Shown piece after piece: positions 1-9,254 of a DNA stretch of 64,000 bases (position 1 is its first letter; each line of letters begins with the position of its first letter). The DNA comes from a virus. Lineage: Duplodnaviria > Caudoviricetes. The DNA lies in the IMG/VR virus record IMGVR_UViG_3300037424_000485, positions 96,001 to 160,000 of that record. One strand, written 5' to 3'. A program made the position numbers and the translations under genes. The notes beneath the pieces were generated by a model. The model was not told the origin of the DNA, ran no database searches, and was given only the letters and a program-made list of their open reading frames with translations.

Positions 1-318
1 ATGCACTGTTTTTGATATGGTATTAGCCCACATCCATAACACATCATTCATTTTTGGAGTTAGTTTATCAACCTGTACAGTCCATTGATTGGAACGCTCT
101 CTAATCCTAGCCCATCCACGTTTTATAATGCGTATCATAATCTCGTTACGTGCCTCTCCTTCCCAATTCATTTTCTCATCACGAGCATCATAATCTCTTT
201 GAATACTCTCTGCTGTTTCACCGAATTTTTTAGGATTTTCTATCACTACTTGTATATGTGTCTTTGAACCTAAATCTAAAACTTCTCCTTTAGGTGACAC
301 CCAATAACCTTTAAACAC
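1..318 (-). CDS. Hypothetical phage protein, truncated by the window edge
   Basis: Open frame from GTG at 318 to position 1 (VFKGYWVSPKGEVLDLGSKTHIQ...RGWARIRERSNQW); absent from the ORF track because it has no stop in the window. Confidence 0.6.
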   Translation of the reverse strand, partial: MFKGYWVSPKGEVLDLGSKTHIQVVIENPKKFGETAESIQRDYDARDEKMNWEGEARNEIMIRIIKRGWARIRERSNQWTVQVDKLTPKMNDVLWMWANTISKTVH

Positions 319-328
319 TACAACCACC

Positions 329-925
329 TCAAACTATATCTACTATGTCTTGCCATCTTTTCTCTGACAAGATATGCAACCCCCATCTACCATTTATAGT
401 AGTTGGTTGCTGGATTATTTCTATTTCTTCAAATGTAAACTTGCGTCCTTTAACCCTAGAAAAAAATTGTTTACCCTTACCTCCTTTAAATCCACCAAGA
501 GATTCTTTTTTGCCAAAATTAGGCCATGCATTAGGGCGTTTTGATGTGCCTAGTAAATATGGACTGCTCCCAGGAGGTATTATTAAAACAGAATCTTGAT
601 CAAATAGATGGCCTAGTTTACTAAGATTTTTTTCTAGGGTATCGATTGTTCCTTTTCTATCAGTTACAATAAAACTGTTTTCACTAACTTCATGTTCTGA
701 TTCACTGCCAAAGTCTTCTATATAGGTTCCTTTTACACTAACAACGTCATATCCTAATGTCAAAAGTTTGGATATTAAGATTTTATTTCTTGCTTTATTC
801 TCTTTAGATGAGAATTCACCTCTAAACGCAGTTATAGCACCAGAAGGAAATTCTTCAAATTTTCTATACAATCTAGACAATGATTTCTCATTTATTATAT
901 TATCATTAAGATAGTCTCTTAGCAT
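329..925 (-). CDS. Conserved-looking hypothetical phage protein (198 aa)
   Basis: Long ORF co-oriented with neighbours; EKSLSRL...GAITAFRG...GYDVVSVKGTYIE pattern resembles proteins of large T4-like phages. Confidence 0.65.
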   Translation of the reverse strand: MLRDYLNDNIINEKSLSRLYRKFEEFPSGAITAFRGEFSSKENKARNKILISKLLTLGYDVVSVKGTYIEDFGSESEHEVSENSFIVTDRKGTIDTLEKNLSKLGHLFDQDSVLIIPPGSSPYLLGTSKRPNAWPNFGKKESLGGFKGGKGKQFFSRVKGRKFTFEEIEIIQQPTTINGRWGLHILSEKRWQDIVDIV

Positions 926-945
926 TTATCATTTTTCCATATAAT

Positions 946-1209
946 TTAATTCCATGCATTATACTTGTTAATATCCAACCCTGCTTCATCAAAGATGTTA
1001 TCCATTATCTCTTCAAGAAAGTCATCCTTACCAACAAAGCTAATCTCTATTCTCTTCCCCTTTACACTATCTGTACAGTTATGACATAAAACAATCATTC
1101 CAACTACTTCATTATGGTCATTTTTCTGTTCTACGGTAAGTAGATCTTCTTTAGCTCTGCATTTTGCACAATAATATTGAATTGTGGTTTTATTATCACG
1201 GCGATTCAA
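946..1209 (-). CDS. Hypothetical protein with CxxC pairs
   Basis: CAKC and CHNC motifs; co-oriented gene run. Confidence 0.5.
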   Translation of the reverse strand: MNRRDNKTTIQYYCAKCRAKEDLLTVEQKNDHNEVVGMIVLCHNCTDSVKGKRIEISFVGKDDFLEEIMDNIFDEAGLDINKYNAWN

Positions 1210-1409
1210 AATAAAATATCTCCATATATTGCTATTGGTAGCAATAACCTTTTATTCAATACTATTTATATATTGTCTCCTATAAAAACTGCATTTAAAA
1301 TATTTATAGCATATATAGTCATGATACACCCAAGCTGGTGACTAGATCCACATTTAGGGTATATACCACAACCCTATTATCATAAGTATATTGGTTAATA
1401 TACCCACAA

Positions 1410-1724
1410 TTAGTTAGTATCCATATATTTTCTATGTACACGATATCCTATTTGAGGGCATTGCATTGGCGTACTCCCCAATGTAGAATCATACTCAAAC
1501 ATCTGAGTCACTGTAAATGATCTCTGTGCTGATTTTTCATTATGAATATTAACAACAGTAATCATAAATTTAAGACCTTCTTTACAGAATACTTCAGATA
1601 CAAATTCATCCTTACCAAGCATAACGGTACTAGCCATGGCAGTACCAGTCAACATACACAATATACATAAAATAATAGTCCACAAACACAATACACCTAA
1701 AATAATAGCTATATTTTTAAACAT
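1410..1724 (-). CDS. Small exported/membrane protein, apparent paralog of 5457..5699
   Basis: Hydrophobic N-terminus; CKEGLKFMITV...VTQM aligns with CEDGRLFMITI...TVQV in the paralog. Confidence 0.55.
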   Translation of the reverse strand: MFKNIAIILGVLCLWTIILCILCMLTGTAMASTVMLGKDEFVSEVFCKEGLKFMITVVNIHNEKSAQRSFTVTQMFEYDSTLGSTPMQCPQIGYRVHRKYMDTN

Positions 1725-2460
1725 TTTTATTTCTCCCTCTTTTAGTTCCAGGGGTTTTCTTAAAGCTCATATCATTAAACCCCCTTTTATGAATCATAAC
1801 TTCATTGCTGATATCTACTGTTTTTGGAGACTGTCCACCAAGAACACCACTGATATACCCTGAAAGCTCTTGAAATGCCGTAAATGTATCTACAACCTTA
1901 TAGAATTGAAAGTCTTCTAGAATTTCATTCCATACTAGTTTCTTATCTAGAATATTAAGAACAAAGGTAGGGATACGCTCTAAGTGGAATAGATCTTCAC
2001 ATTCTTTATCTTTGCCTTTTACATAAGCAAAGAATCCATTCATTTTTTCCTCTGTGAGGTTATTCCATCCACCAGTTTCTTGATATATCTTAATGATTTT
2101 TTTTAGTTTATGAGTAGTAAGGAAATCAATTATATCTGCTGGATCATATACATAAGAAACAAATTTTTCTGTTTTGTGATAAATTGTATGCTCATACTCT
2201 AATTTAACACATGGATACAGTCTCCCACTAAATCCAATTATATACATTTTCCAGTGGAAATCCCCATTACCCCTACCATCACCAAGGAAAGGGAATCTAT
2301 TTTTATTATATGAGATATCGGTATAAAACACACTATTGAAATCAAAATCAATATCTTTGATATCAGCTTCTTCTCTTTTTCTAATATAAACGCAGTTTGG
2401 ATCAATACCAAATGCCCTTACACTATCATAATAATCACGTGTTTTTCCGATAATTCTCAT
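1717..2460 (-). CDS. Hypothetical phage protein (247 aa)
   Basis: Long ORF overlapping the next gene; phage-like composition. Confidence 0.7.
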   Translation of the reverse strand: MRIIGKTRDYYDSVRAFGIDPNCVYIRKREEADIKDIDFDFNSVFYTDISYNKNRFPFLGDGRGNGDFHWKMYIIGFSGRLYPCVKLEYEHTIYHKTEKFVSYVYDPADIIDFLTTHKLKKIIKIYQETGGWNNLTEEKMNGFFAYVKGKDKECEDLFHLERIPTFVLNILDKKLVWNEILEDFQFYKVVDTFTAFQELSGYISGVLGGQSPKTVDISNEVMIHKRGFNDMSFKKTPGTKRGRNKNV

Positions 2461-2463
2461 GAT

Positions 2464-2667
2464 TTATACATCCTGTCTTGTATACTCTCTATTTTCTTCA
2501 TCCAACATATATAGATAGATTCTATCACCATCCTTGTCGAATACATCAATATATTCTGCTCCATCCATAAGAACATCCTCAAGGTCAAAGTAGATCTTTC
2601 GAGGGGCTGTATCTGTAGAATCTTCATTTACAACAAAAAACATGCCTTCTTTTTCCATCGTTGCCAT
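2464..2667 (-). CDS. Small acidic hypothetical protein
   Basis: AGGAG RBS upstream; tight packing. Confidence 0.5.
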   Translation of the reverse strand: MATMEKEGMFFVVNEDSTDTAPRKIYFDLEDVLMDGAEYIDVFDKDGDRIYLYMLDEENREYTRQDV

Positions 2668-2685
2668 CTTTATCTCCTTATTGTT

Positions 2686-2772
2686 TTATAAAATAAAAAA
2701 TTCTTCTGGTATTAAATTTTTTGGTGCGCCCCAATCTTGTTTATTTAATATAATAGACGTTGATATATACAT
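2686..2772 (-). CDS. 28-aa ORF ending in the recurrent C-terminal motif (NLIPEEFFIL)
   Basis: Manual translation MYISTSIILNKQDWGAPKNLIPEEFFIL; below the ORF-track length cutoff. Confidence 0.35.
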   Translation of the reverse strand: MYISTSIILNKQDWGAPKNLIPEEFFIL

Positions 2773-2803
2773 AATACAACTATTATAGGATATATGTAAA
2801 GAA

Positions 2804-3139
2804 TTATTTTACAATCTTAATAAACTCTAAATCAAAGTCATCTATAAATCCTGTTTCCCAATCAGGTACACAGTTCACAAACTGCAATTGGTAGATAGCA
2901 CCATCCTCTATGTTGTTAATCATAGGTGCTTTTTGGCTATATACATCTTCTTGTAGGGTTTCATCAAAAGCACCGCATTTATCACATCCTCTACAGGACA
3001 TACGTTTTAAAGGAACCATTGTTTCTTTATAGGTATATGTGCCATTTTCACTCATATAACATGAAACATGTCCTCTATATACTCTACCCTTACAAGGTTG
3101 TATATCCTCCTGTAAGAACCCATGAAGATCTATGTTCAT
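2804..3139 (-). CDS. Hypothetical protein with CxxCxxC
   Basis: CRGCDKC; directly downstream of the helicase. Confidence 0.6.
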   Translation of the reverse strand: MNIDLHGFLQEDIQPCKGRVYRGHVSCYMSENGTYTYKETMVPLKRMSCRGCDKCGAFDETLQEDVYSQKAPMINNIEDGAIYQLQFVNCVPDWETGFIDDFDLEFIKIVK

Positions 3140-3141
3140 AA

Positions 3142-4488
3142 CTATCCTTTATTGTAAATATTTGTACTACCACCACTTCTTTTAGAGTCTTCTATCCATA
3201 AATCCATTTCAGAAACATCATACAATTTTAGAGATCTGTCATCAAGATACAATCTATTGATAATACCACTATGTCCAAATCTACTTTTACATATTTTATA
3301 AGCAACTTCACTTTCATATACCATGGCATCTTCATCAGATCCTAATATAGCTACAAAATCTGCTGTTGCTCCAAGGCCGGAACTTTCAGATATACTATTC
3401 ATATCAACTTCTTCTAGTGTTAGAAAAGATCCTGATCTGTTTAGCTGAGATACAGAAACAACAGGAATATTAAACTCAAAACCTATTGCTCTTAGTTCTT
3501 CTGATATTTTCTTAACATCTCCATACATTGAATCTTTTGAACCATATTCAGGTTTCATTAGATTAACATAGTCACAATATAATATTTCAGGGGCTTTTCC
3601 TCTCATGGCTAACTCTCTTAGCCATATTCTAAAATTAGCCGTTGATGCTGTACCAGTAGGAAATTCTTTAATATATAAATCTCCTCTCCCTTCCTGTTTT
3701 TTTAAAGTTTTTAATGCAGAATATAAATCTCTCTTCATCTGATTATTGGTATACATTCTGTTAATATCCAACATAGAATATATAGAATCGAATCTTTGGG
3801 CAAATGCTTTTTCTGACATCTCAAGAGTGCATATTCCAACGTTATGACCGTGCATAACCTGCCTGGTTATGATGTTGGCCATTATATTCGATTTTCCAGA
3901 ATGTATCTTCCCAATAAAAGCTGAAAATGTATAGGGGGGAAACCCACCATTTAAATATTCATCTAGTTGGGGTAGATATGTTGGAATTCTAATATCGGTA
4001 GCAGAAAATGTGTCTTTAAGGCGTTCAAATAATTTGCCCCAATAATCAAGCCCTAAATTTATTTTAATATCTTTACATAGAGCTGCCTCTACTAAAGACT
4101 TGATTTCATTGACATTACCACCACTATCGATAATATCAGCCGAATCCATAATAGCGCGTTTTATTGCCCTGTCTTTTAGATATATATTAGTATTCTCTAA
4201 TAGCCATGTATAATTACGAGAAGTGTCATAATCTATAGAATCCATTTCAGTAAAAAAATTTTTACAATCCTCACGAACACTTGAAGATACAGATTGTATT
4301 ACTATGTCTCGTTGAGGGACTTCTTTAAATTCTAGAAGGTGTTCACTAATAGATTTAAAAATTTCAGAATGTGTGGCATCTTCAAAGTATTCTGGTATGA
4401 AAACTGTTGTTATAGTTGTTAAATATTGCCTATCTTCTAGTGCAGTTTTGAACATGCATGATATTAAATAATTTGGATCTATTGTCAT
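3142..4488 (-). CDS. gp41: DnaB-family replicative helicase (T4 gp41-like)
   Basis: Walker A GKIHSGKS, TLEMSE, YCDYVNL, SQLNRSG, ISESSGL..TAD, KSRFG motifs. Confidence 0.93.
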   Translation of the reverse strand: MTIDPNYLISCMFKTALEDRQYLTTITTVFIPEYFEDATHSEIFKSISEHLLEFKEVPQRDIVIQSVSSSVREDCKNFFTEMDSIDYDTSRNYTWLLENTNIYLKDRAIKRAIMDSADIIDSGGNVNEIKSLVEAALCKDIKINLGLDYWGKLFERLKDTFSATDIRIPTYLPQLDEYLNGGFPPYTFSAFIGKIHSGKSNIMANIITRQVMHGHNVGICTLEMSEKAFAQRFDSIYSMLDINRMYTNNQMKRDLYSALKTLKKQEGRGDLYIKEFPTGTASTANFRIWLRELAMRGKAPEILYCDYVNLMKPEYGSKDSMYGDVKKISEELRAIGFEFNIPVVSVSQLNRSGSFLTLEEVDMNSISESSGLGATADFVAILGSDEDAMVYESEVAYKICKSRFGHSGIINRLYLDDRSLKLYDVSEMDLWIEDSKRSGGSTNIYNKG

Positions 4489-4530
4489 TAAAACTCCTTA
4501 TGTTTATCTACCAATAATAACATAGGGAAT

Positions 4531-4779
4531 TTATATTGTAAATAACACCTCTGGTACTATATTGCATTTAATTTCTTTTCCTACCCTATGATCATATACA
4601 TCTTTACTTATAAAACCCTCCAAGCTCCCACACTTTTCACAGCGATAGTTATAATTATCGGTATCTATATCACAATCTAACAATAGCCGATGAGTGCATT
4701 TAAAGCATGATATAATAATTTTAGCTCGGTGTATTTCTATCAATATATCAACAACGTCACAACTCCGACTATTTAACAT
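4531..4779 (-). CDS. Small Zn-ribbon protein with C-terminal IVPEVLFTI motif
   Basis: CFKC and CEKC. Confidence 0.55.
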   Translation of the reverse strand: MLNSRSCDVVDILIEIHRAKIIISCFKCTHRLLLDCDIDTDNYNYRCEKCGSLEGFISKDVYDHRVGKEIKCNIVPEVLFTI

Positions 4780-5233
4780 ATATTTCCACTCCCTCTATAA
4801 TTCTCTTAATACCTGATATATATTTTTTCTCTAATCTTATATGAGTTTTTTCATCGAGAAGATCCATTCTTTCTCTAAGCATGTTATGCTCTATATCTGC
4901 TTTCTTGACCCTCATGGCCGATATGTTCCCAGAGTCAACAATTTCATTTATCCATATAAGATATGGTCTATGATCATCTACATCTCTGGTAACAAGTTTA
5001 AGGATATCAATAACCTCTTCTGTATATCCCATATCATGAAGATTATCATAAGTATATGAAGTATCCTCGACAATATCATGTAAAAGTGCTGCATGTTTCT
5101 CTGTATCTGTTGCATCGACACCAAGAAGACTATAAACAGCAAAAGGATGTAGCCAATAAGGTACTCCGACTTTATCAAACACACCAGCATGTGCTTCTTT
5201 TATAAAATCTATCGTTTTTTCTATACTTCTCAT
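4769..5233 (-). CDS. HD-domain hydrolase of the RelA/SpoT (Mesh1-like, small alarmone hydrolase) type
   Basis: AH.G..DK.G.PY..HP..V, ALLHDIVEDT and VKKADIEHN motifs. Confidence 0.8.
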   Translation of the reverse strand: MRSIEKTIDFIKEAHAGVFDKVGVPYWLHPFAVYSLLGVDATDTEKHAALLHDIVEDTSYTYDNLHDMGYTEEVIDILKLVTRDVDDHRPYLIWINEIVDSGNISAMRVKKADIEHNMLRERMDLLDEKTHIRLEKKYISGIKRIIEGVEIYVK

Positions 5234-5457
5234 AATATGAACATATCCTCTGGTATAATATCATAAATAACTACGAATTCTTTATATACCCCATGTCCTT
5301 TTTTATCCCATAAAATACATTTACCATTATTACACATTTCTATTTTATGGACAGTAAATATTCTCCCCGCTCTCCACCCATACCCACATCTATGTCTAGG
5401 GACACCACGCACCTTAACACATATTACTATACTACCAGCTTGTATATTATTTATCAT
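5230..5457 (-). CDS. Small protein with C-terminal IIPEDMFIL motif
   Basis: Overlapping start/stop with neighbours. Confidence 0.5.
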   Translation of the reverse strand: MINNIQAGSIVICVKVRGVPRHRCGYGWRAGRIFTVHKIEMCNNGKCILWDKKGHGVYKEFVVIYDIIPEDMFIL

Positions 5458-5699
5458 TATTTACATTTCAATGGCTTGCCATTTCCCCTTTCAAATGAAG
5501 TAGATAATACTTGAACAGTTGATACAGAGACAGATCCATGTATCATCGTTTCGGCAATAGTTATCATAAACAGTCTACCGTCTTCACACACCAACATGGT
5601 TTCAACATTATGACCTTTGTTGGTAATGTACGTCTTGGCAGAAGCCGTGCCACATACCAAAAATACAGACATAAATACAACACATATAATCTTTTTCAT
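5457..5699 (-). CDS. Small exported protein
   Basis: Signal peptide MKKIICVVFMSVFLVCGTASA; AGGAG RBS. Confidence 0.6.
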   Translation of the reverse strand: MKKIICVVFMSVFLVCGTASAKTYITNKGHNVETMLVCEDGRLFMITIAETMIHGSVSVSTVQVLSTSFERGNGKPLKCK

Positions 5700-5776
5700 A
5701 CCAATCTCCTTGTTAAGTTTTTACACTATATCATAATATACCATATAGAATGTAGATGTCAAGAAAATTTATTACA

Positions 5777-5805
5777 TTGACATAAAGCAAAATGTAGGAT
5801 ATAGT
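5777..5805 (+). promoter_or_regulatory. Sigma70-type early promoter driving the hu-gp44 operon; a divergent promoter lies in the same gap
   Basis: TTGACA-17 nt-TATAGT. Confidence 0.75.
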
Positions 5806-5852
5806 GAAGAAAATTGTATTATCAAATATAAAACATCAAAAAGGGGTAGAAT

Positions 5853-6131
5853 ATGAACAAATCAGAACTTGTAAAGAAAGTGAGTGATGAGCTGCTTGTT
5901 GATAGCTTAGAGGTGAGGGAAGTAATTGATATAATTTTCGATATGATATCAGATAGTCTTGGTGATGGGGATAATGTCACCATCACTGGCTTTGGATCTT
6001 TCAATCTCGTTCGCAGAGCAGCACGAACAGCACGTAATCCAAAAACAGGAGAAGAGCTTAATGTTCCAGAAAAAACAGTTGTGTCTTTTATTTCTTCAGG
6101 AAAGCTAAAGGGGAGAGTAAATAATGGATAA
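5853..6131 (+). CDS. hup: HU/IHF-family DNA-binding protein
   Basis: MNKSELVKKVS...VTITGFGSF..VRRAARTARNPKTGE signature. Confidence 0.93.
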   Translation: MNKSELVKKVSDELLVDSLEVREVIDIIFDMISDSLGDGDNVTITGFGSFNLVRRAARTARNPKTGEELNVPEKTVVSFISSGKLKGRVNNG

Positions 6132-6738
6132 AGGTAAAAAATGGGAGTTTGCTTACGAACCAACCACTGTTGATGAAATGATACTACATCCTGATGTAAG
6201 GATAAGGCTCATAAAGGCCCTAAAAGAAATTCCAAATATTATGTTGATAGGAAGTCCTGGTATTGGAAAGGGAACATGGGTTAATATTCTACGGAAACAG
6301 ACTGGCTTTAATTGTCGTAAGCTGAATGGATCTGATGAAAGGGGTATAGATGTCTTTAGAGAAAAAATAAAACCATTTTGTTCTGTACCACCCTTAGAAG
6401 GTAGGTATAATATTATGTATTTAAATGAGTGTCTTGAAGAACATGAAAAGGTGAGAATTGGTGATGTTAATAAATGGGAATCTATTGAACTTAGAGATTT
6501 GAAAAATGATACTGAATATCCTATAGTATCCTTTAATATGAAAACAGGTCAATTAGAAAATGATACTTGTACAATAATCACTGATAAGATTGATGATATT
6601 TATGAATTGGAATTAGAAGATGGTCGAAAGATAAAGACAACAAAGAATCATCCTTTTCTTGTGAAAAATAATGATGGTGAAATCGTAGAAAAAGAATTAC
6701 AATATTTGAGTGAAAATGATGAAATAATCACATTGTGA
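6124..6738 (+). CDS. gp44: Clamp loader large subunit N-half (gp44/RFC, aa 1-102) fused to a split-intein N-fragment (102 aa)
   Basis: Walker A GSPGIGKG, LNGSDERGID, Walker B YLNE followed by intein block A CLEEHEKV and block B TTKNHPF; ends ENDEIITL-stop. Confidence 0.88.
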   Translation: MDKGKKWEFAYEPTTVDEMILHPDVRIRLIKALKEIPNIMLIGSPGIGKGTWVNILRKQTGFNCRKLNGSDERGIDVFREKIKPFCSVPPLEGRYNIMYLNECLEEHEKVRIGDVNKWESIELRDLKNDTEYPIVSFNMKTGQLENDTCTIITDKIDDIYELELEDGRKIKTTKNHPFLVKNNDGEIVEKELQYLSENDEIITL

Positions 6739-6804
6739 TTTATAGAATATAATATTTTCACATAAAACACACACTTTACATAAATACTGATAAAGAAATG
6801 TGTT

Positions 6805-7750
6805 ATGAACGAAAGAAAATTAAGAACTCTGAAACGTTACTATAACGAAAGACAGAAACTACTATATAATGAATGGAAAGATGATATATTGATTGATGGT
6901 ATGTATCATTGTCCAGTATGTGATTATACTACTGATAATATAAACGGTTTATGTTGTCATTTAGGTAACAAAGATATAATAAAAATCATATATCATGAGT
7001 ATTTTGGTGACAACACTAAATGTGAAATATGTAATGAAAATACAACATTTTTGAGTCTTTCTAAAGGTCATAGTAGATTTTGTTTGTCGTGTAGTTTAAA
7101 ACGCAATGGTAAAAGATTATCTTCTGATAAGGTTAAACAATTACGTGAATCGGGGTTGTTGAAATATAACACAGATGTTATAAAAAGAAAAAATACAAAT
7201 AAAATAATTGGGGATAAAAATAAAATCAATATGTTGAGATATGTTGAGATATTTTAGAGATAATCCTGAAAAGAAGAAAGAATTATCTGTAAAGGTATCA
7301 AAATCCATGAGGGATAAGATCAAGAATGGTGATTTCACCCCTAATATATCAAACTGCTATAATGGTATTGTTATAAAACATGGTGGTATATCATATAGAA
7401 GTGCATGGGAATTTTCATTTCATCAATTAAATCCACATTTGTTGTATGAAAATATCAGAATACCCTACATATCACCTAAAGATGGTAAATGTAGAAGTTA
7501 TATTGTTGATTTTGTTGATGTTAATAAAAAGATATTGTATGAAGTAAAACCATTTATTAGACAGATGGATGATGTTAATATATCAAAACATAAAAGTGCA
7601 TTGAAGTGGTGTGAAGATAATGACTATATATATGTTTATATATCTGAAATATACTTTCATGATAATCTCAATACGGAGATTATTGAAAATTGGGACAATA
7701 ATATTAAAAAAAGGTTAAAATATTTTGTTAATGAAGACAATAAAAATTAA
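6805..7750 (+). pseudogene. Free-standing homing-endonuclease-like gene (Zn fingers plus PD-(D/E)XK, TnsA-N-like domain) between the split-intein halves, frameshifted by a 10-bp tandem duplication
   Basis: ATGTTGAGAT repeated at 7231-7240 and 7241-7250; removing one copy gives 936 nt = 311 aa; YRSAWE...YE..IPY...Y.VDF...YEVKP motifs; CATAAATA late-promoter-like box at 6779-6786. Confidence 0.75.
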
Positions 7751-8453
7751 AAGAATTACAAATATTGGTACTGGTAGGGTTATTAATCTAAATGTTAAAA
7801 GAAACCACACATTTGTTACTGAGAACGGGATACCAACACATAATTGTGATCATCTAACACCAGATACCCAAGCAGCATTGCGAGATTTCATTGAGACTGT
7901 GCATAATACAACAAGATTTGTTGTATGTGCAAACTATGGTGATAAAATAACACCAGAATTCAAGTCCAGATTTAGAGTGGTTGAGATGCTACCACCACCA
8001 GGAAAAGAGATATTCAAACATCTTGAGTATATCCTTAAATCTGAAGGTATTAGATATAAAAAAGAAACTCTTGTGGATTTGATTAAAAAATGCTACCCTG
8101 ATGTACGTCAAACCATTATATCATTACAGGAGAACGTTATCAATGGCGTACTTCCTGAATATCTTGTCATTACTACAATAAACGATGTATATGATGATAT
8201 TCTCAAAGCTATGCTAACTGGCAATCCAGATAATGTAAGAAAACTATTGCGTAGCCATCATATTGACTATACTGCATTATACAAATACATCTATGATAAA
8301 ATCATGGATAGTGCTGATGATGATTTATTCGCTAATGATGTGGGTGCTATATTGTTGGTTGGTGAGCATTCACATAAGGATAATACAAGCTGTATTAAAG
8401 AAATTAATTTTATGGAAATGTTTTTTAAAATGTTGTCTCAAGGAGTTATTTAA
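7731..8453 (+). CDS. gp44: Split-intein C-fragment (38 aa) plus clamp loader large subunit C-half
   Basis: MKTIKIKRIT...VINLNVKRNHTFVTENGIPTHN then C-extein CDHLTPDTQAALR...TRFVVCANY..KI...KSRF, YPDVRQTI. Confidence 0.88.
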   Translation: MKTIKIKRITNIGTGRVINLNVKRNHTFVTENGIPTHNCDHLTPDTQAALRDFIETVHNTTRFVVCANYGDKITPEFKSRFRVVEMLPPPGKEIFKHLEYILKSEGIRYKKETLVDLIKKCYPDVRQTIISLQENVINGVLPEYLVITTINDVYDDILKAMLTGNPDNVRKLLRSHHIDYTALYKYIYDKIMDSADDDLFANDVGAILLVGEHSHKDNTSCIKEINFMEMFFKMLSQGVI

Positions 8454-8455
8454 TA

Positions 8456-8650
8456 ATGGATAAAACCCTAGAAGAAGAATATCACGAATTCATCGTAAGT
8501 CGTTGTACCAGCGTAATTAATTCTTGTGTTAATCTATCACAACTACGTTATGCTGGTACATATTGTGAGTTGTTTAGAAATGTATACTATACCGATATTT
8601 GGCCTGATATCTGGAACGTGTATAAAATAAAGTTCAATGAATTAAAGTAA
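8456..8650 (+). CDS. Small hypothetical protein
   Basis: Co-oriented and tightly packed. Confidence 0.5.
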   Translation: MDKTLEEEYHEFIVSRCTSVINSCVNLSQLRYAGTYCELFRNVYYTDIWPDIWNVYKIKFNELK

Positions 8651-8662
8651 AGGTTAATTTTA

Positions 8663-9238
8663 ATGGATAATTATTATAGATATAAGTCTACATTAGATGA
8701 AAAAAATCTTATTAGTAGTATAGCATATGATATTAAACATGCTTTTAAAGATATGATTCTTAGGGCTATTAAAATTGGTTATATCCATACTGCCCATATG
8801 ACAACCCATGAATATAATTCCCTTATATATTATTTTGAGAAATGTCTAAGAAATGAAATTCAGCACATTATAGGTAGATCTTTCTATAGCCCATTGAGAT
8901 TTTCTATCAATCCTCCTAATCTTGAATATATCCATTCCATATCCATTAGATTAGAGATAGGAAATGATCCTCTTGTAATTGATACTGTATGGGAATATAA
9001 CAATATAGACCATATTCAAAGATATAACCGTGTGGATAGTTCAGACCATATAAATGCATCTGATCTATACAGTATATTATCTAATCCTGAAGCTAGAAGA
9101 ACTAGATATTATACACATCAGCATGTTGGGGTAGATGGTGAGATAAGATATTGTCCTTTTGAGTATAATATCGATAAACAAAAAAAAGAAAAACCTAAAG
9201 AAATCATTCCATCTAATTTATTTAGTATGGATGAATAA
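8663..9238 (+). CDS. Hypothetical protein with C-terminal IIPSNLFSM motif
   Basis: 191-aa ORF in operon. Confidence 0.6.
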   Translation: MDNYYRYKSTLDEKNLISSIAYDIKHAFKDMILRAIKIGYIHTAHMTTHEYNSLIYYFEKCLRNEIQHIIGRSFYSPLRFSINPPNLEYIHSISIRLEIGNDPLVIDTVWEYNNIDHIQRYNRVDSSDHINASDLYSILSNPEARRTRYYTHQHVGVDGEIRYCPFEYNIDKQKKEKPKEIIPSNLFSMDE

Positions 9239-9254
9239 TAGAAAAAGGAATTAG

